DNA from: Candidatus Omnitrophota bacterium
Lineage (GTDB): Bacteria; Omnitrophota; Gorgyraeia; Zapsychrales; Zapsychraceae
Length of the DNA stretch: 64,000 bases
Reading direction: 5' to 3'
NCBI GenBank assembly: GCA_050250375.1
Contig: JBFWOS010000003.1
Coordinates: 739,359-803,358 of the forward strand
Part shown: piece after piece, positions 15,001 to 22,100 of the stretch
Numbering within the stretch: position 1 is the first letter of the stretch
How the letters are laid out: every line of letters starts with the position of its first letter
Made by a program: the position numbers and the translations under genes
Notes under the pieces: model-generated
Database searches by the model: none
Seen by the model: only the letters and a program-made list of their open reading frames with translations
Told to the model about the DNA's origin: nothing

Positions 15001-15241
15001 TAACTAAAGATACAGCCCTCATCCACGACTTAAATCGACTTCGAAAACGAACATCAGATCTATTAGATTGGACATATGGGCCAAGATCTAACTGATTTTG
15101 ATACACGATTCCCGCATCATTATCAGCAAAATTTAACTCCAAAGATTTCATTTGGGATAAATCTTGCCAATCATCGGATTTCGGTTTTTTTAAGTTACCC
15201 CGATTGATATCTAAATTGTCCTCTTCAGAACCCATATCCAT
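1..15241 (-). CDS. Giant protein, edge-truncated (C-terminus off window; more than 5,080 aa in window). N-terminal TM helix, Gly/Asn/Thr low-complexity linker, long Gly/Ala-rich hydrophobic (glycine-zipper-like) segments, and Walker A GATGSGKSS near the window edge.
   Basis: Manual translation from ATG at 15241 (MDMGSEEDNLDINRGNLKKPKSDDWQDL...AVSLVIILVFVPEQASWAF...) runs to position 1 without a stop. The ORF track has no long ORF in any frame over 1..15.2 kb, as expected if the only long frame hits the window edge. The P-loop at 656..682 was translated base by base: MSGEAGKGEIYSVAGATGSGKSSV. Confidence 0.7.
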   Translation of the reverse strand, partial: MDMGSEEDNLDINRGNLKKPKSDDWQDLSQMKSLELNFADNDAGIVYQNQLDLGPYVQSNRSDVRFRSRFKSWMRAVSLVIILVFVPEQASWAFNYNPLVLWGDKSVYPSQTTSHIQGESSSDLVSNKISKSIKNLLDQIAYQENSRVKLELPKSSNKNNEIYSILLENNNNFNDSYISQITNWLTNPEIHPLNCGVYSLKDILKSYEFDIELEELSVTSLTVDLMSNIVKPGEKKLKTSLYSISKIVNAYGLNFKNAKLAPEDVVKLEPPFIASFKNEHFVTVTAIDDNKIYYNDIGLPVYLAKDVFISELSGFVLAKNLENKKDLEIEFIPDSMAAFVWGDKWRDQSDDLPGLVSSSEEWSGVITTLVIIVVTWGIGQALTAAAEAAKAANEMSKLAQLLAKLAELFSSSAGAFDSFASFAAAFNFSYGLSQFASAVATVCYMKGVCNENQAMLLNMAIAVGGSLFKGAALKVGGEQAAAGTAKSATLSATFGQIFSQVAQQLPAALAYSLTSMYVQKLVAEELSKMFIDDEDDSLGILEQAFVGIVSGAIGNFAGDIASTPFDYFMETGVGAGRQGGLEKNNGTNRNTNNTNGSSGGDTASGGAANAPAGTTNSGGFGQYFTDRLTASFSLQLDFIIDRLFGLAIKMAVIEAFDKLFNKKLEPDSLALMVLESVIRTTIAWGKEVLAENHAKAQLENDTRPLSNNPEEAKRQAQERYNEYLSTSKKMSFFSLLGFSWGIGGESATQTASASGESVLSERSTEASIANATRTEEERRSAITGTARANLISEVTNQASKDNMLGLSAILFSGLVRYFVATGLDRWEDSATTSDRAGINQLDRQKMAGIRFTGLLILGALDVGIGTAADAIISNRRGAIARELALANNPDLTSQQLDDIEQTAERSQYVDMGAVIASCKGKEASCISTEINNQYNSTYGGIWGDMAVRAIQEIGQPLFGALVAMGTLNGTDPTNMLQRDLYERGGADATMSDAEMTVRSRNALMGRWMQQADMAGIWGSPIRVAQFQRNRELTEKRMKERNQELIEMGYASEVKSDDDIHNQVITSLFNQINPLNNMSNYFYDTFNSYIGEYLIGGNSPGLRGVEELITMGGVLFGAYDATASDVNATLNTLRSSSVNIQNPTFVDAVLASNTVNILGENSAFTKSLNTLGIQARAPTRWSFALRDAAGVESRQTYLFGGHYGFEFDQNNPSETGVGYRADFIGFGQNGLNMVDRLGGGTLRFKMIQRFDPLVLSSVFGLTSETAGVWNGGRFTSMQDMYDGQYMFQRDDDGYLYRVNSTTGERVRIDQDGELALLTNQDTQIQALVDPAFISYMNANGVDVEISEGRLMNRRGEEFQFGALRTSTQGKTGNTPDNFILTNNKVVGSESEAFARSIVAYRNAISEGKSKDDALYLSQRAYRDALFEPGPPIGFRRAIGWDRNEAEQFAAGRLNLERLRRERDGEEFTIEQQREFVAQQYSARLAHNREIESRGDVYTVFGGARVRAPGSSQVVANLNNQLELFVSNNPVVNAQDGITLDASSLTKGISTAAFVTPKEGEEGAGVLKFIGTRRSDFLTLQQTIQIITNDNQETRKAIQGLIGQHYLIAGANPDGNNGVLVRNPESTGLKLERAEELAAAMGIDPAVSGRVNGMLSLARGAYANGISVNINYTASDREEIYSADGKRLLSSRANQFLTAPISFNIGRGGVDLGSSMTIITRDLAGNILYRAQAIRPAATMLAAGPIDENTRASLRALGINEAFLQGLTGGDGMIATQVILADAINPNDPTLSRNADGTINIEKVINGRAFYDVFILDKNGNQVLASGAPVTTSIRTSPADSDPNSVPETRESVLAAGTPLASRALFSEGIINPDKANQMGQARLGARNADGTLIQEPQLNPEDLGNSLFRLRYNPETDRVVRAGITQGFLGYDNSAAARSMFVTNSVYSTIAPFLRAPVTESNQNRSNEVKTEATIAQALRPDPAGEAAINGLVILGLRDRYDQAYVEPFDFYGESAFQQNYGIKIGMGSVIRTSNIVRDGNDQLVRRDPVFGKNPFQQVYYNPTTNALYQDDQGMPVYGQVEQGTVYIIRPVREGGSPDGQIIGAEMVQPNELNRGALALSLSGRASTRIGEGASAVREAGYVAVANRGRPFVYDGDRKEWITVDPTNRGEAYVISQQDVVVSDASQERRLASEVSAETMAGGGLTPRREAYLALFSGIRRDGPTGLMIFTPAERQNGQQNQILISDAMGAISARSIISETVNAGLTYHTLTGVVTAGSPGLERTIRPEDQVRNPEFIRRTARGESTEGVQEFITQAEAIKNELRASTQSTEAESEAEPQRDNQSGSEAATLNVPIDTDGTATITAASPGINLATGRFEMLLANNSLVPLTGNIKQGNLTVDPINGDVRMGRLFNSTSPEFNGRTETQGGTVWMTVNRRSIGGIDANGRFNMRSESQGDFYNVEQAVARAIAGTENATGFGADRPPALPEGAVPSNVGFGISELRIVGTRTIREGGLIRSARYFDGTIVASPEASMSMEAGEIVASRGNNTPDSRRDASGPVYYTALGQAVDFIRGRSGEEVSTFNLARVGDGNKLFIGASDGVQVIRDYLDPDKNKNPNAPNPPAEQRTTDSRDPGQTAVVESLDEGGGRGLVLLRAGRQASADAQTIKNNVLATDSDPRAEGDQFYQAGGVNTETALFYGITDQGMTFNEFMSNSNYFFKHEPNAAINRANQLIVSNSVSQVIANERGGGTAQVSQTNKLSTNAGGSIISMDARGNSRYYNFTNQWSMYADNVRIVGDLVDDGRLINFRDNGETLTSADGGFATYLNNPTGEVWSNYSRRGGIERAVTYITGRNNVYLYRDRTGKLRDALILQGGEVFVNASALPGANAQQNVVREDIRRSDNTKIGEVVVDRETGVIRVQMNDGRTYDINGRTASGQLDENVARTQAREVAARVRQDATADGRLEAGYRESSPDIFLDRGKENVIQTTRVRGEGETVLTKIILGSDGRLSLAIGSTQQDDPTIQPTPSDLPGRIFSRDENKEIVIRLDSTLRAEGSTGNVMQDFPLWGQDSTTIVDRNFEMKYYAGADSERGIPRAGVFPEFSQAKSITLSNAGGITDRAPVLLYGVTRRGTTEQVIYAFLGGETNVESILERNFENIYYGDDQATINRHTRMRGDLIQNLSFVKEGDEVHAVINSFGLEVNGRLINGALISTPQGRKFFPNYQAQRIRGIEVTDPDGTKRTVGGMTMYTLVRDNREGNPFNLPDVLYFNENGTSATREQFAAAFYSQSREFHTIVQSERYRQITESLLQDAQNELALEDERSALARTLSAKEDQVDSLNSQIRAIIRSGRHWTDYFANSGGGDMGMGVGPYDYVDIDQLAIDRLSPTDRQRLTQLKEQRAALQQEVASIHNFEGALQRAKNFFFARSTVFGNDDDLLFDGSMLGQSSEEQIGLARILTSSSDRDRYYSIRENAIDGISFTLDSGAINPAYVDAMRRVNREQMDLVLSKMSVDQMMQYGTPMLAVNDAVTWSELGGYTLIVGGAIFGIVSTFFDPSVAGSKVLAGGLIATGVAATSVIGADILKHGETGRHLTGGEIALYGVLGAITPLRFGFLGTVGTATTRYTTTAMLTAGTYTLARVGIQNAPNLARVVGFLELSAATSALATGLGASYNVMSGGWDNIGNNLGNWALVGASAPLSVLAVGRGLTMLGGGVKAGAAAEAGAATVAATPGLLTRAFTYVGGARGAAVASALTSTSARNLFVGARDFGLIAGLGNQAGYLGGVIASGKDFSGYEFIKSFAQGYGAGFAGALVVGGLGLGLLKTAAGQRFMNIYTLGLKETATFQDFLIAGRALNLQNTKILGISMTEATRRVIMTRALPGGVFNMARGAGADFARDGQHNNGIGATAGDFLVGAALGTVLGGRNLPGILSRGRLGTNMQALQMGGGQIFKLFGQEVAVKRGVGSLLGPRFALMGALGAHAETYYKIDKDGKPVEYGLTGYLLNAAAGYFVSSYFGGSSLAEAIGISMPKTEVVGSVNRMAAWAKGVNPQGLPLRDSLLLSSSTKQGLGKFFTNETLGGYIARQSALGSGSGALLGYGVGVSANLANGKSVSESLLSGNTLLYALGGGAIGGVMGAMRGGLQFARQQVLGELAKEQLSLRVLLDNPQLVRSVTMFGAADFALIMPAFAAMTVPVEGIITSSMGNDNKTMAQHFRGALNKLFLVDAQGREIGIFNSMLVHMLSGFDMGTDIALPLALGQKRLSSIAFARTTATGETKYVAGAFDTLMAHPYMHSQLATVAKLTSIHQITANMIRGNDLFIQSIQSSAPAAAEQALREENSRRRSRGYEELTGADAAQFKANAERNYVDQKVDEMASQVAFYSLPGFAAGGRGRTIPGLEEGPLAGGSGAGITPSTRRGPTGIGSGETGSVGSRTGFEADQLGLALTSGGRGVFEVTIQQAKDLHSRGNVEGADILEQALRFAPEKTTNVDQIMADSKGQAEQTSGTPLSRSQAEQLAAQNAEFNGWRSAQVSELREWRANNPTTNMASDSSTGASDGARSLTNSQVEMLVNTQIVRLEAQGGGRENWTETRQQLGQGTSPLSVREFRDSNGQLRVRITEGNAIEVYEYIDPLASSAESIGRSGLWYSQQGSGSNGRTRTVLIHNGEGSVRLHEISEMARTRQKDMMDLGKVVVSAEVADRLSTSTPHDFVENVLGYVGEAGQGRTIAEKASGLQPRAPDSPLKLPDILTPPITGPPTGILSTTLPFLMSRRGTSAETSTSRLRVGASDGLKDKQRTTEDELVGPLRNAMQKGRNQEQVNMDAALKDQLDYQLDLVERQVMSGEAGKGEIYSVAGATGSGKSSVSVPAIAAELKVRYEQLSQKLGRKLQAPFVLSVETDASQLRQNSEQTAIWAGRIRTGELLSGKEGPQLSVQRLELSRMTPEQIIEAIKTGDVGHITNIDLKTLLGTGYEKSFREAIAERGIDLHVGEDLAMAALSMSKEGGNAVKQKMAENFESTFERLQKDNIKLEAQATPIITESGDVIFIDLSSSKGETPQGRRVNLNLEHSPEAERIALDLAG

Positions 15242-16841
15242 AGCCTTTTATGTCCAATCTAAGCACCCCAACGACATAATTTTTTAGGACTATCCATACA
15301 CACCCAAACCAGCCCCATACTTACGGATCGTGAATTTAGCACCACCCCTAAAAACACAAATTTTAACAAAGAATACATGAATTCAAGTTTTTTATATAAA
15401 CTAACCGCACCCTTGTTATAAATGACCATATTCGACCTTACCTTGGACAGATTGATTTAAAGACAAAAAAAATGACCACCCTTTTTGAGGTAGCCATTAT
15501 AAATTGACGCTGACTGGATTGAAAAAATTGAATTTTGGTTAAGGATCTATTCATTCTTATCCCTTTTCGTCAATCTAGCGTTGATTTATCTTAAGATCGA
15601 AATTTGGGAATTTATAACGATAAAAGCGCAAATTATGTTTATTCCCCTATAACTTGAGTATAATATATTATAACTGTCGGAACACAATGTTTCAAGTTTT
15701 TTTATACTTAAAAATCTTTTATTTTCAAAGATTTACAACATTTTAATGGCGAAATGAATATTTATTTTCTGCAACAAAATTTAATTCAATTTTTTTATTA
15801 ATACAATAAACTAAAATAAATTTTTAAGAATTATATATATAAAATATACTATATTTATGTATATATCAAGAAAAATTTCAAATATTTTTTAGAGATACAT
15901 CTTTTGAAGAATTAATCGTCGACGATAAAATTTAATTTTTGAGATTTTAGTAAATATTTTCTTGAAATTAATTTTTTAAAGTTAATTTCTATTTGATTTT
16001 TTATGTTTAAACTAAATACCTTCTTTTTCTTTTTTTAAAATATTCAAACTAGCAACTCCGAAGTTTCTTTTTTCGATGAACCCTCAATAATGTCCATTCT
16101 GCGCTCTAGTATGGCCTATTTTTAATTTTTTTATTTTGGACAATAGATTCTATGACTCCCTCTATTTCTTTCAAAATTAGGCCAAATAAGCGAAAAATAG
16201 AGCCATTTAAAATTCAAGTGCCCTGCTTGCATTGATTATTTCGTTTTTTTATGCCCCATATGTTGTATTAAATCTTTTGTTGGGCTCAGTATCTGGTGCC
16301 TACACTAGTTCGATTTTGAAATCCCCCCCCTAATTACAACCATCTTGATATATTTGGTGTTAAGTATCGCGTTTAATTCTTTATAAAAATGACGGCCCTA
16401 TTAAACTTAAAATGAATTAACAGAATTTTTAATCATTTTATAATTTTTGCATAAACATATAATTTAATATAAAAACCTGTGCTTCTAGAAAATCTACCTG
16501 GGGTAATTATTGGGCATATTTCAGTAAGAATAATAATGCTTTAAACAAATATTTCTGTTCTTTTACATATCGCAATATTCGCATCTAAAAGCCAACCATA
16601 ACACCTAATGTATCTATATCATTCACTATATATATTTAATTAAAATTTCTGATTAAAAGTGCTACCCAACACCATAAATACTTATGTACAAGATGACTTA
16701 TTAAAAATATTAATAAACATGGTTATTCCTATTTAAATGTTAGTTATTAAAAACTTATAAATTTTGAAATTTAAGAAAGAAATCTAATAATCCACGATCA
16801 GAAAATAACAATCAAGTAGGGATAATAAAATTTCGACAGGA
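15242..16841. other. 1.6 kb AT-rich non-coding region between the Tad locus 3' end and the giant gene 5' end; contains a C8 homopolymer at 16323..16330.
   Basis: No ORF of 60 aa or more in any frame; extreme AT content; runs of A/T; poly-C tract read directly. Confidence 0.5.
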
Positions 16842-17723
16842 TTATCCGCCGGAAAGATGTTCGAATGGATTGTTTTCGACAAAATCTAATAGGATGGGAC
16901 CTGCAACAAGAATACCAACAACAGGAAAGATAAAAAGTAACAAGGGCACCAACATTTTCATAGGTGCTTTGAGAGCCAATTGTTCCCCTCTACGATACCT
17001 CGCAAGCCGCATATCTTCTGAAAGAATATTTAACGCTTCGGTTACGGAGGTCCCCATTTTATCAGCTTGAATTAATGTGCGAGAAAAAGTCGATAAATCT
17101 GGCAATTCATACCTTGCTGCCAAATCTTTTATTGCATCTCTTCGGGTCTTTCCAACATTAATTTCTTGAAGGACAACGTTTAATTCATCAATCATAACTG
17201 ACGGCGGCGACTTTTCAACAACCCATTTCAATGAAAGCATAAAGTCCAACCCTGCATTGACACACAACCCGAGCAAATCAATAGCATCCGGCAACTCTTT
17301 GACTATAATCGCCTTAACTTTTTTGATTTTTCCGCGTATTAGCATTTCTGGAAGAAGGTATCCGACCCCGAGACTCATAAATAACCAAAACATCATCATA
17401 TCAGGGTTAATTGCAGGAAATGTTACGAATAGTACTAATATAATACATAATTCTTTGGCGAGTATAAATTCTTCAGGCGTAATATTAATATGCGCTACAG
17501 CCAAATCCTTTTCAATTCTCTGTCGCATGGCACCTTGACAAACAGGTTTATTCAATTTTGCCACAATTCTTACAACTGAAGATAAACTCTTCTTCTTCTT
17601 TGGGGCTGTCGGCTGTATCCCTAATGCACTTAGAGTTGGTCTATGTTCCCATTCAACAGGAATTAGCCCTAGGATAAAGAAAAATATACATAAATAAGTG
17701 TTAATTAACAATATCGTGAACAC
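16842..17723 (-). CDS. tadC: Tad pilus inner-membrane platform protein TadC (T2SS-F domain)
   Basis: 293 aa, multiple TM helices, GspF/TadC-like C-terminal region (…TSVTEALNILSEDMRLARYRRGEQLALKAPMKMLVPLLLFIFPVVGIL…); adjacent to the tadB-like gene. Confidence 0.75.
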   Translation of the reverse strand: MFTILLINTYLCIFFFILGLIPVEWEHRPTLSALGIQPTAPKKKKSLSSVVRIVAKLNKPVCQGAMRQRIEKDLAVAHINITPEEFILAKELCIILVLFVTFPAINPDMMMFWLFMSLGVGYLLPEMLIRGKIKKVKAIIVKELPDAIDLLGLCVNAGLDFMLSLKWVVEKSPPSVMIDELNVVLQEINVGKTRRDAIKDLAARYELPDLSTFSRTLIQADKMGTSVTEALNILSEDMRLARYRRGEQLALKAPMKMLVPLLLFIFPVVGILVAGPILLDFVENNPFEHLSGG

Positions 17724-17725
17724 GT

Positions 17726-18583
17726 TTAAAAGTCCTTGAAAGTACTAATTTTCCACACCATATATGCTCCAAACGACCAAGAAAATCCAGCATAAATTAG
17801 CATTGTTCTACCTAATTTTGACGTGAACATATTATCAAACATTTGCGGATTGGTTGAATATATAACAAAACCGAAGCCGATAGGAAGTAAAGTTAGTACT
17901 GCGCCCTGAATTTTACCTTGAAGCGTTAGTGTATCCAAATTTTGTTGTATTTTTCTGCTTTCACGGATATTTGTAACAATGCGATTAAAAATTACAGGTA
18001 GGTTTCCGCCCGTTTCTCTTGCTAATAAGATAGCGGTAATCATTTGTTGTAATGCTATGGAGGACATCCTGTTATATAAATGATTTAGAGCTTCTTCTAA
18101 TGAAACTCCCATCTTATTTTCACCTAAGACAATCCCAAACTCTTTTCGAATGGGATCCGGCATTTCTTGTTCAACAGCTTCCATTGCCTGCACCAAACTC
18201 AATCCGCCCCGAAAAGAACTCGACATAATCATTAGCGCATCAATCAATTGACCGTCAAATTTATCCCGGTTCTTTTTGGTTAACATTTGTATATAAATAC
18301 CCGGAAATAAAAGGCCCAAAATGACGCCAAAAATAATCCCAAAAAATCGCATTTCCTCTGGAAAAATGAAATAAAACCCTGCTGCCAATATTAATGGAGC
18401 TAAAATAAATACACGACTAAGCTTCCTAGCATCTGTACGGGACATCAACTTTTCCATGTTATTGGATAGCTTTTGTTGACGGCGCTCGCTAATCACTGCG
18501 GTTCTGCTATAAACACTAGGAATAAGTTGATAGCCAATTAATGTTACTGTCGCAAATACTAATAATAAAATAATTATTAACAT
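17726..18583 (-). CDS. tadB: Tad pilus inner-membrane platform protein TadB (T2SS-F domain)
   Basis: 285 aa, T2SS-F-like (…GVSLEEALNHLYNRMSSIALQQMITAILLARETGGNLPVIFNRI…), TM helices; position in the Tad locus. Confidence 0.75.
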   Translation of the reverse strand: MLIIILLLVFATVTLIGYQLIPSVYSRTAVISERRQQKLSNNMEKLMSRTDARKLSRVFILAPLILAAGFYFIFPEEMRFFGIIFGVILGLLFPGIYIQMLTKKNRDKFDGQLIDALMIMSSSFRGGLSLVQAMEAVEQEMPDPIRKEFGIVLGENKMGVSLEEALNHLYNRMSSIALQQMITAILLARETGGNLPVIFNRIVTNIRESRKIQQNLDTLTLQGKIQGAVLTLLPIGFGFVIYSTNPQMFDNMFTSKLGRTMLIYAGFSWSFGAYMVWKISTFKDF

Positions 18584-18741
18584 TCTAAATTCCCAATTTC
18601 AATATTTTAATATAATTCTATTATACAATATAAAATTAAGATTACCAGTATTGAAAACACAATTTTTTACATTTGATATTAATCTGCGGGGGGATAATTT
18701 TGGAATTTAAGCCATTAAATCAGAAAGGTTTGAAGGCGAAG

Positions 18742-19101
18742 TTAAAGATTGCACACATCTCTGCCCCCATAACTTGAACGACAAGTTGTATTAATACATT
18801 CTTGGCAATCAATCGGGTTGGCTGTTTCCGCAACGCAATCTGGCTCACCACATGTAGCATCAAAACAAACCGCGTTATACCATAAACCTGTATTTTGCCA
18901 CCGATCGTATCCACATTCGATTGTAAGGTTTGGATCATATAGTCGACCATGACCTATCGAATCACCCACCCCTTTCCATCTCCCATATATGCCTCTTGCT
19001 ATATATTTTTGAAAGATTAACATAGCTGTCAATACAAACATTAATAATGCAATAATTTCAATTACAGATTGCGCTTTATTTGCATAAAATTTTTTTAACA
19101 T
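18742..19101 (-). CDS. Long Flp/TadE-like prepilin paralog with Cys-rich C-terminal tail
   Basis: Start placed at the internal Met (MLKKFYANKAQSVIEIIALLMFVLTAML…ARGIYGRWKGVGDSIGHGRLYDP), which aligns with the neighbouring Flp-like paralogs (KRGIQGRWKDSVDELADQYDP). C-terminus is CGYDRWQNTGLWYNAVCFDATCGEPDCVAETANPIDCQECINTTC. The longer 160-aa ORF would overlap the upstream gene. Confidence 0.5.
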   Translation of the reverse strand: MLKKFYANKAQSVIEIIALLMFVLTAMLIFQKYIARGIYGRWKGVGDSIGHGRLYDPNLTIECGYDRWQNTGLWYNAVCFDATCGEPDCVAETANPIDCQECINTTCRSSYGGRDVCNL

Positions 19102-19120
19102 AATGATCCCAAAATAATTT

Positions 19121-22100
19121 TTAAAAACCTGCCGCCGGACAGTCAATGAACGAAAATGTAAGGCCTGGTCGAACGCCGTCTTTATAATAATATTGTGCAC
19201 ATGTTTCCGATGCAATCCCCGCATTTGCTAAGATCGCATGCGAACGGTTCCAACAATTCCAATTATTTCCTGGCGCATCATCCCCCCCACAATCTGCTAA
19301 ACAGTTTCCAGAACAGGCGGGACACCCCGGCCCTCCACAGGCGGCAACACAGGCCGGTGGAGCTGCTGGGCCCGCCCCTATTCTTTTATTCATCAAAAAT
19401 GCCCCTTTAAAAGTATCGGGAGGAACAGCGGGATCAGTGATCATAATTGGCTCACAGGTAGAACCCAATGTTGCTGCGCTCATGTCCGCCCGCCCCGGAT
19501 TTGGATGAAAATATTTAAATTTCCATAACGGTTGTCCATTTGGAAAAACTAGCCCGGTGCCTGCGGTAGAATTAGGACTTTCATCAAATCTTGTAACTCT
19601 GAATTTTACAATACCATCTGTGTTAACCAACTCATAACACCTCTTAAATCCGCCCTTCTCAGTATAAGTGCGAACTTTTGGCCACTCCGGATCCGGACCT
19701 CCGCCTAAACCACAGGCATTATCACATCTTTTCGGCATTCTTCCTTCCACTTTCGTTATGTGCCAATAAGATTCTCCTCCCGGCGCGCCTAATCTAAACT
19801 GTGGTGGAATTTCGTCTTGCCAGCCATAAACTACGTGAAACGGAAAGGCATCCGGCGGATCTGCATCATAATCAAATCGTGCTTGAATTAAGTCCGCAAC
19901 TGGACCAGTTAAAAAGTCACTAAATCGATTACTTGCGGTAATTAAAAATGGTATGTGACTATTCAAATCCGTCGATATGCTACTTAAATAATCTCGACGC
20001 ATCTCTAATTTTTTACTGTGATTTTGTGCCTCTATTGCGGCTGTTCCTGTTAACTGTAACCAACCCCCAGAATTTATATCACAGATGGGATTAGCTTGAA
20101 CCAATGCATCCCTAACTAAGGTCCTAAAATTGTTTGTATTATTTAATGCGAACCCTGTACAATCAACAAATTGATCAAAAGTTCCAATAGTCGCTTGATA
20201 TGGATACGCCGCTGCCGTTGAACTTTGAGTTGCTGGCATCGCTGTACAAGAAACATTCGAGCAATTATAAACACATTGCAACATCGCCAACATATCTGGC
20301 TCATCCGCAGGATCTGCAGCCACATACGCACTTGGATCATACGTTGCCAAAGGAATAACTGAACGCGGAAGATTACTACAATTAGCTGAGCTACAAGTTA
20401 ACATACATTGCAAATATCTCCAGGTATTTCCTTGATTAGTGCCCGGACCATTAACACAACTTATATCCGGTACGCCACCATTACAAGCATAATCATACCC
20501 TTCCACATTAAAATTCATACAGGCGACAATATCTTCTAAGTCACCATCAATACCATTTCCGTTGGCATCAAAAGTAACCTCCTCATAAGGTGATACACCT
20601 GGACATCCCCTCGGGGGAATACACCACGGCGATCCACAGGCTGCACCTTGAAAACTTTGATCTCTTAAGTTAACCAACTCATCCTTAATTAATTCAATAT
20701 TGTTATGCCATATATAAAGCTTACCTGGCTGGGTTTGACACGCATTGGCTGTTACAGGATCATAATCACTATCCCACGGATAACATTGCCCGTATGGGTT
20801 CGGTGCAGACGCAGGAAAAGTGACTCCAGCTAATGGCCCTGGATCAATCCAAGCCTGCCAATCATTGAACCATTCTGTAAATTTTTGGGATAGTTGGGCC
20901 CTACTCGTTCCGAGTAGTTTATTTGCTTCTGCTATAAAAACAGTTAAATCATAGACCATATCATCTAACAAATCCTCCGGAAATAATGCGGGAGCTACAT
21001 CTAGAGGATTTGCCGCGGATGGATCTCCGCATTCGCATAAAGCAGGAATCGGATTGTTAGATGAATCGCATTCCGCAGGACAATCTGCAACCCCATTCCT
21101 ATTTGGATCCAGAAAACAATTACCATCATAATACTTTCGACACTGACCTTCATACGGCCAAGCAGTATCACCACCTATATCTCCTTCAGAACAAAACCGA
21201 TCAGCCCCTCGTTTCCAAAACGGTCCACCACCATAACTATAAGGATCCGCGCAAATATCCTGACTCATTTCAAATGAACCGGTTAAAGCCAACGTAACAT
21301 CATCAATATCTGTATCAACACAATAAGATGTTTGATATGTCAACGCCAATGGATTTTGAACCAAATCTAACTGTGTCATTAAATAAGGAAGGTTTGGATT
21401 ACATACTACTCCTCGATTAGCGTCGCACCATTTGCACCTTTGATCATTCGGATTATCAACGGGTTCTGGCGAACCTCCCGTTATAACATCGTCTAAATCA
21501 AACCCCCAATCACTAACCATATAAAGGAAAGGAAAGATTCCTATACGATTTTCAGCAACAGCTGGAGGAACAACAGTTAAACCTGAATAAAATCCAGTTG
21601 TGTCGTCTACATAATAGCCCGACCCATTCCATGGTGGTGCAAATTGTTGCGCCCAATTCGGGTCGCTCGAATCTTTGAAATATAACTGATGTTCATCATC
21701 TCTCCCGATTAATTCTCTAAATGAAAAAAAGGCATTTTCGTAATCTTCAACATAAACATCATATACCCATTGATAAAAAGTTCCAAGTGTTGGCTCTATA
21801 GCTCCATATGGACTTAAAGCCTGACAGGTTGAAGCCGTACCACACTCCAAACTAGGATTAACTGTTCCACAATTTGGATCAAAACCACAATAATCGGGAT
21901 TAGTTACAGTGATCGTATTTCCAGGGTTTGTTGGATCTGGAATATCTATTGTTGGGGGTTTTGTACAACAATCACAACAACCAGGTCTAATAGGTAATTG
22001 TCCAAACGCAGGTCCACGGGGATCAGGGGATGTCTCCGGTAAACAGCATGAACTACAAACAGATGGTATGGCTGCTGGATTAATAAAACAGGGGTGTGTT

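Noticed and set aside
18742-19224. 160-aa version of the Flp-like ORF
   Set aside because: The first 41 codons overlap the end of the 1293-aa gene and lack similarity to paralogs. The internal Met at 19101 gives an N-terminus that aligns with the neighbouring Flp-like proteins.
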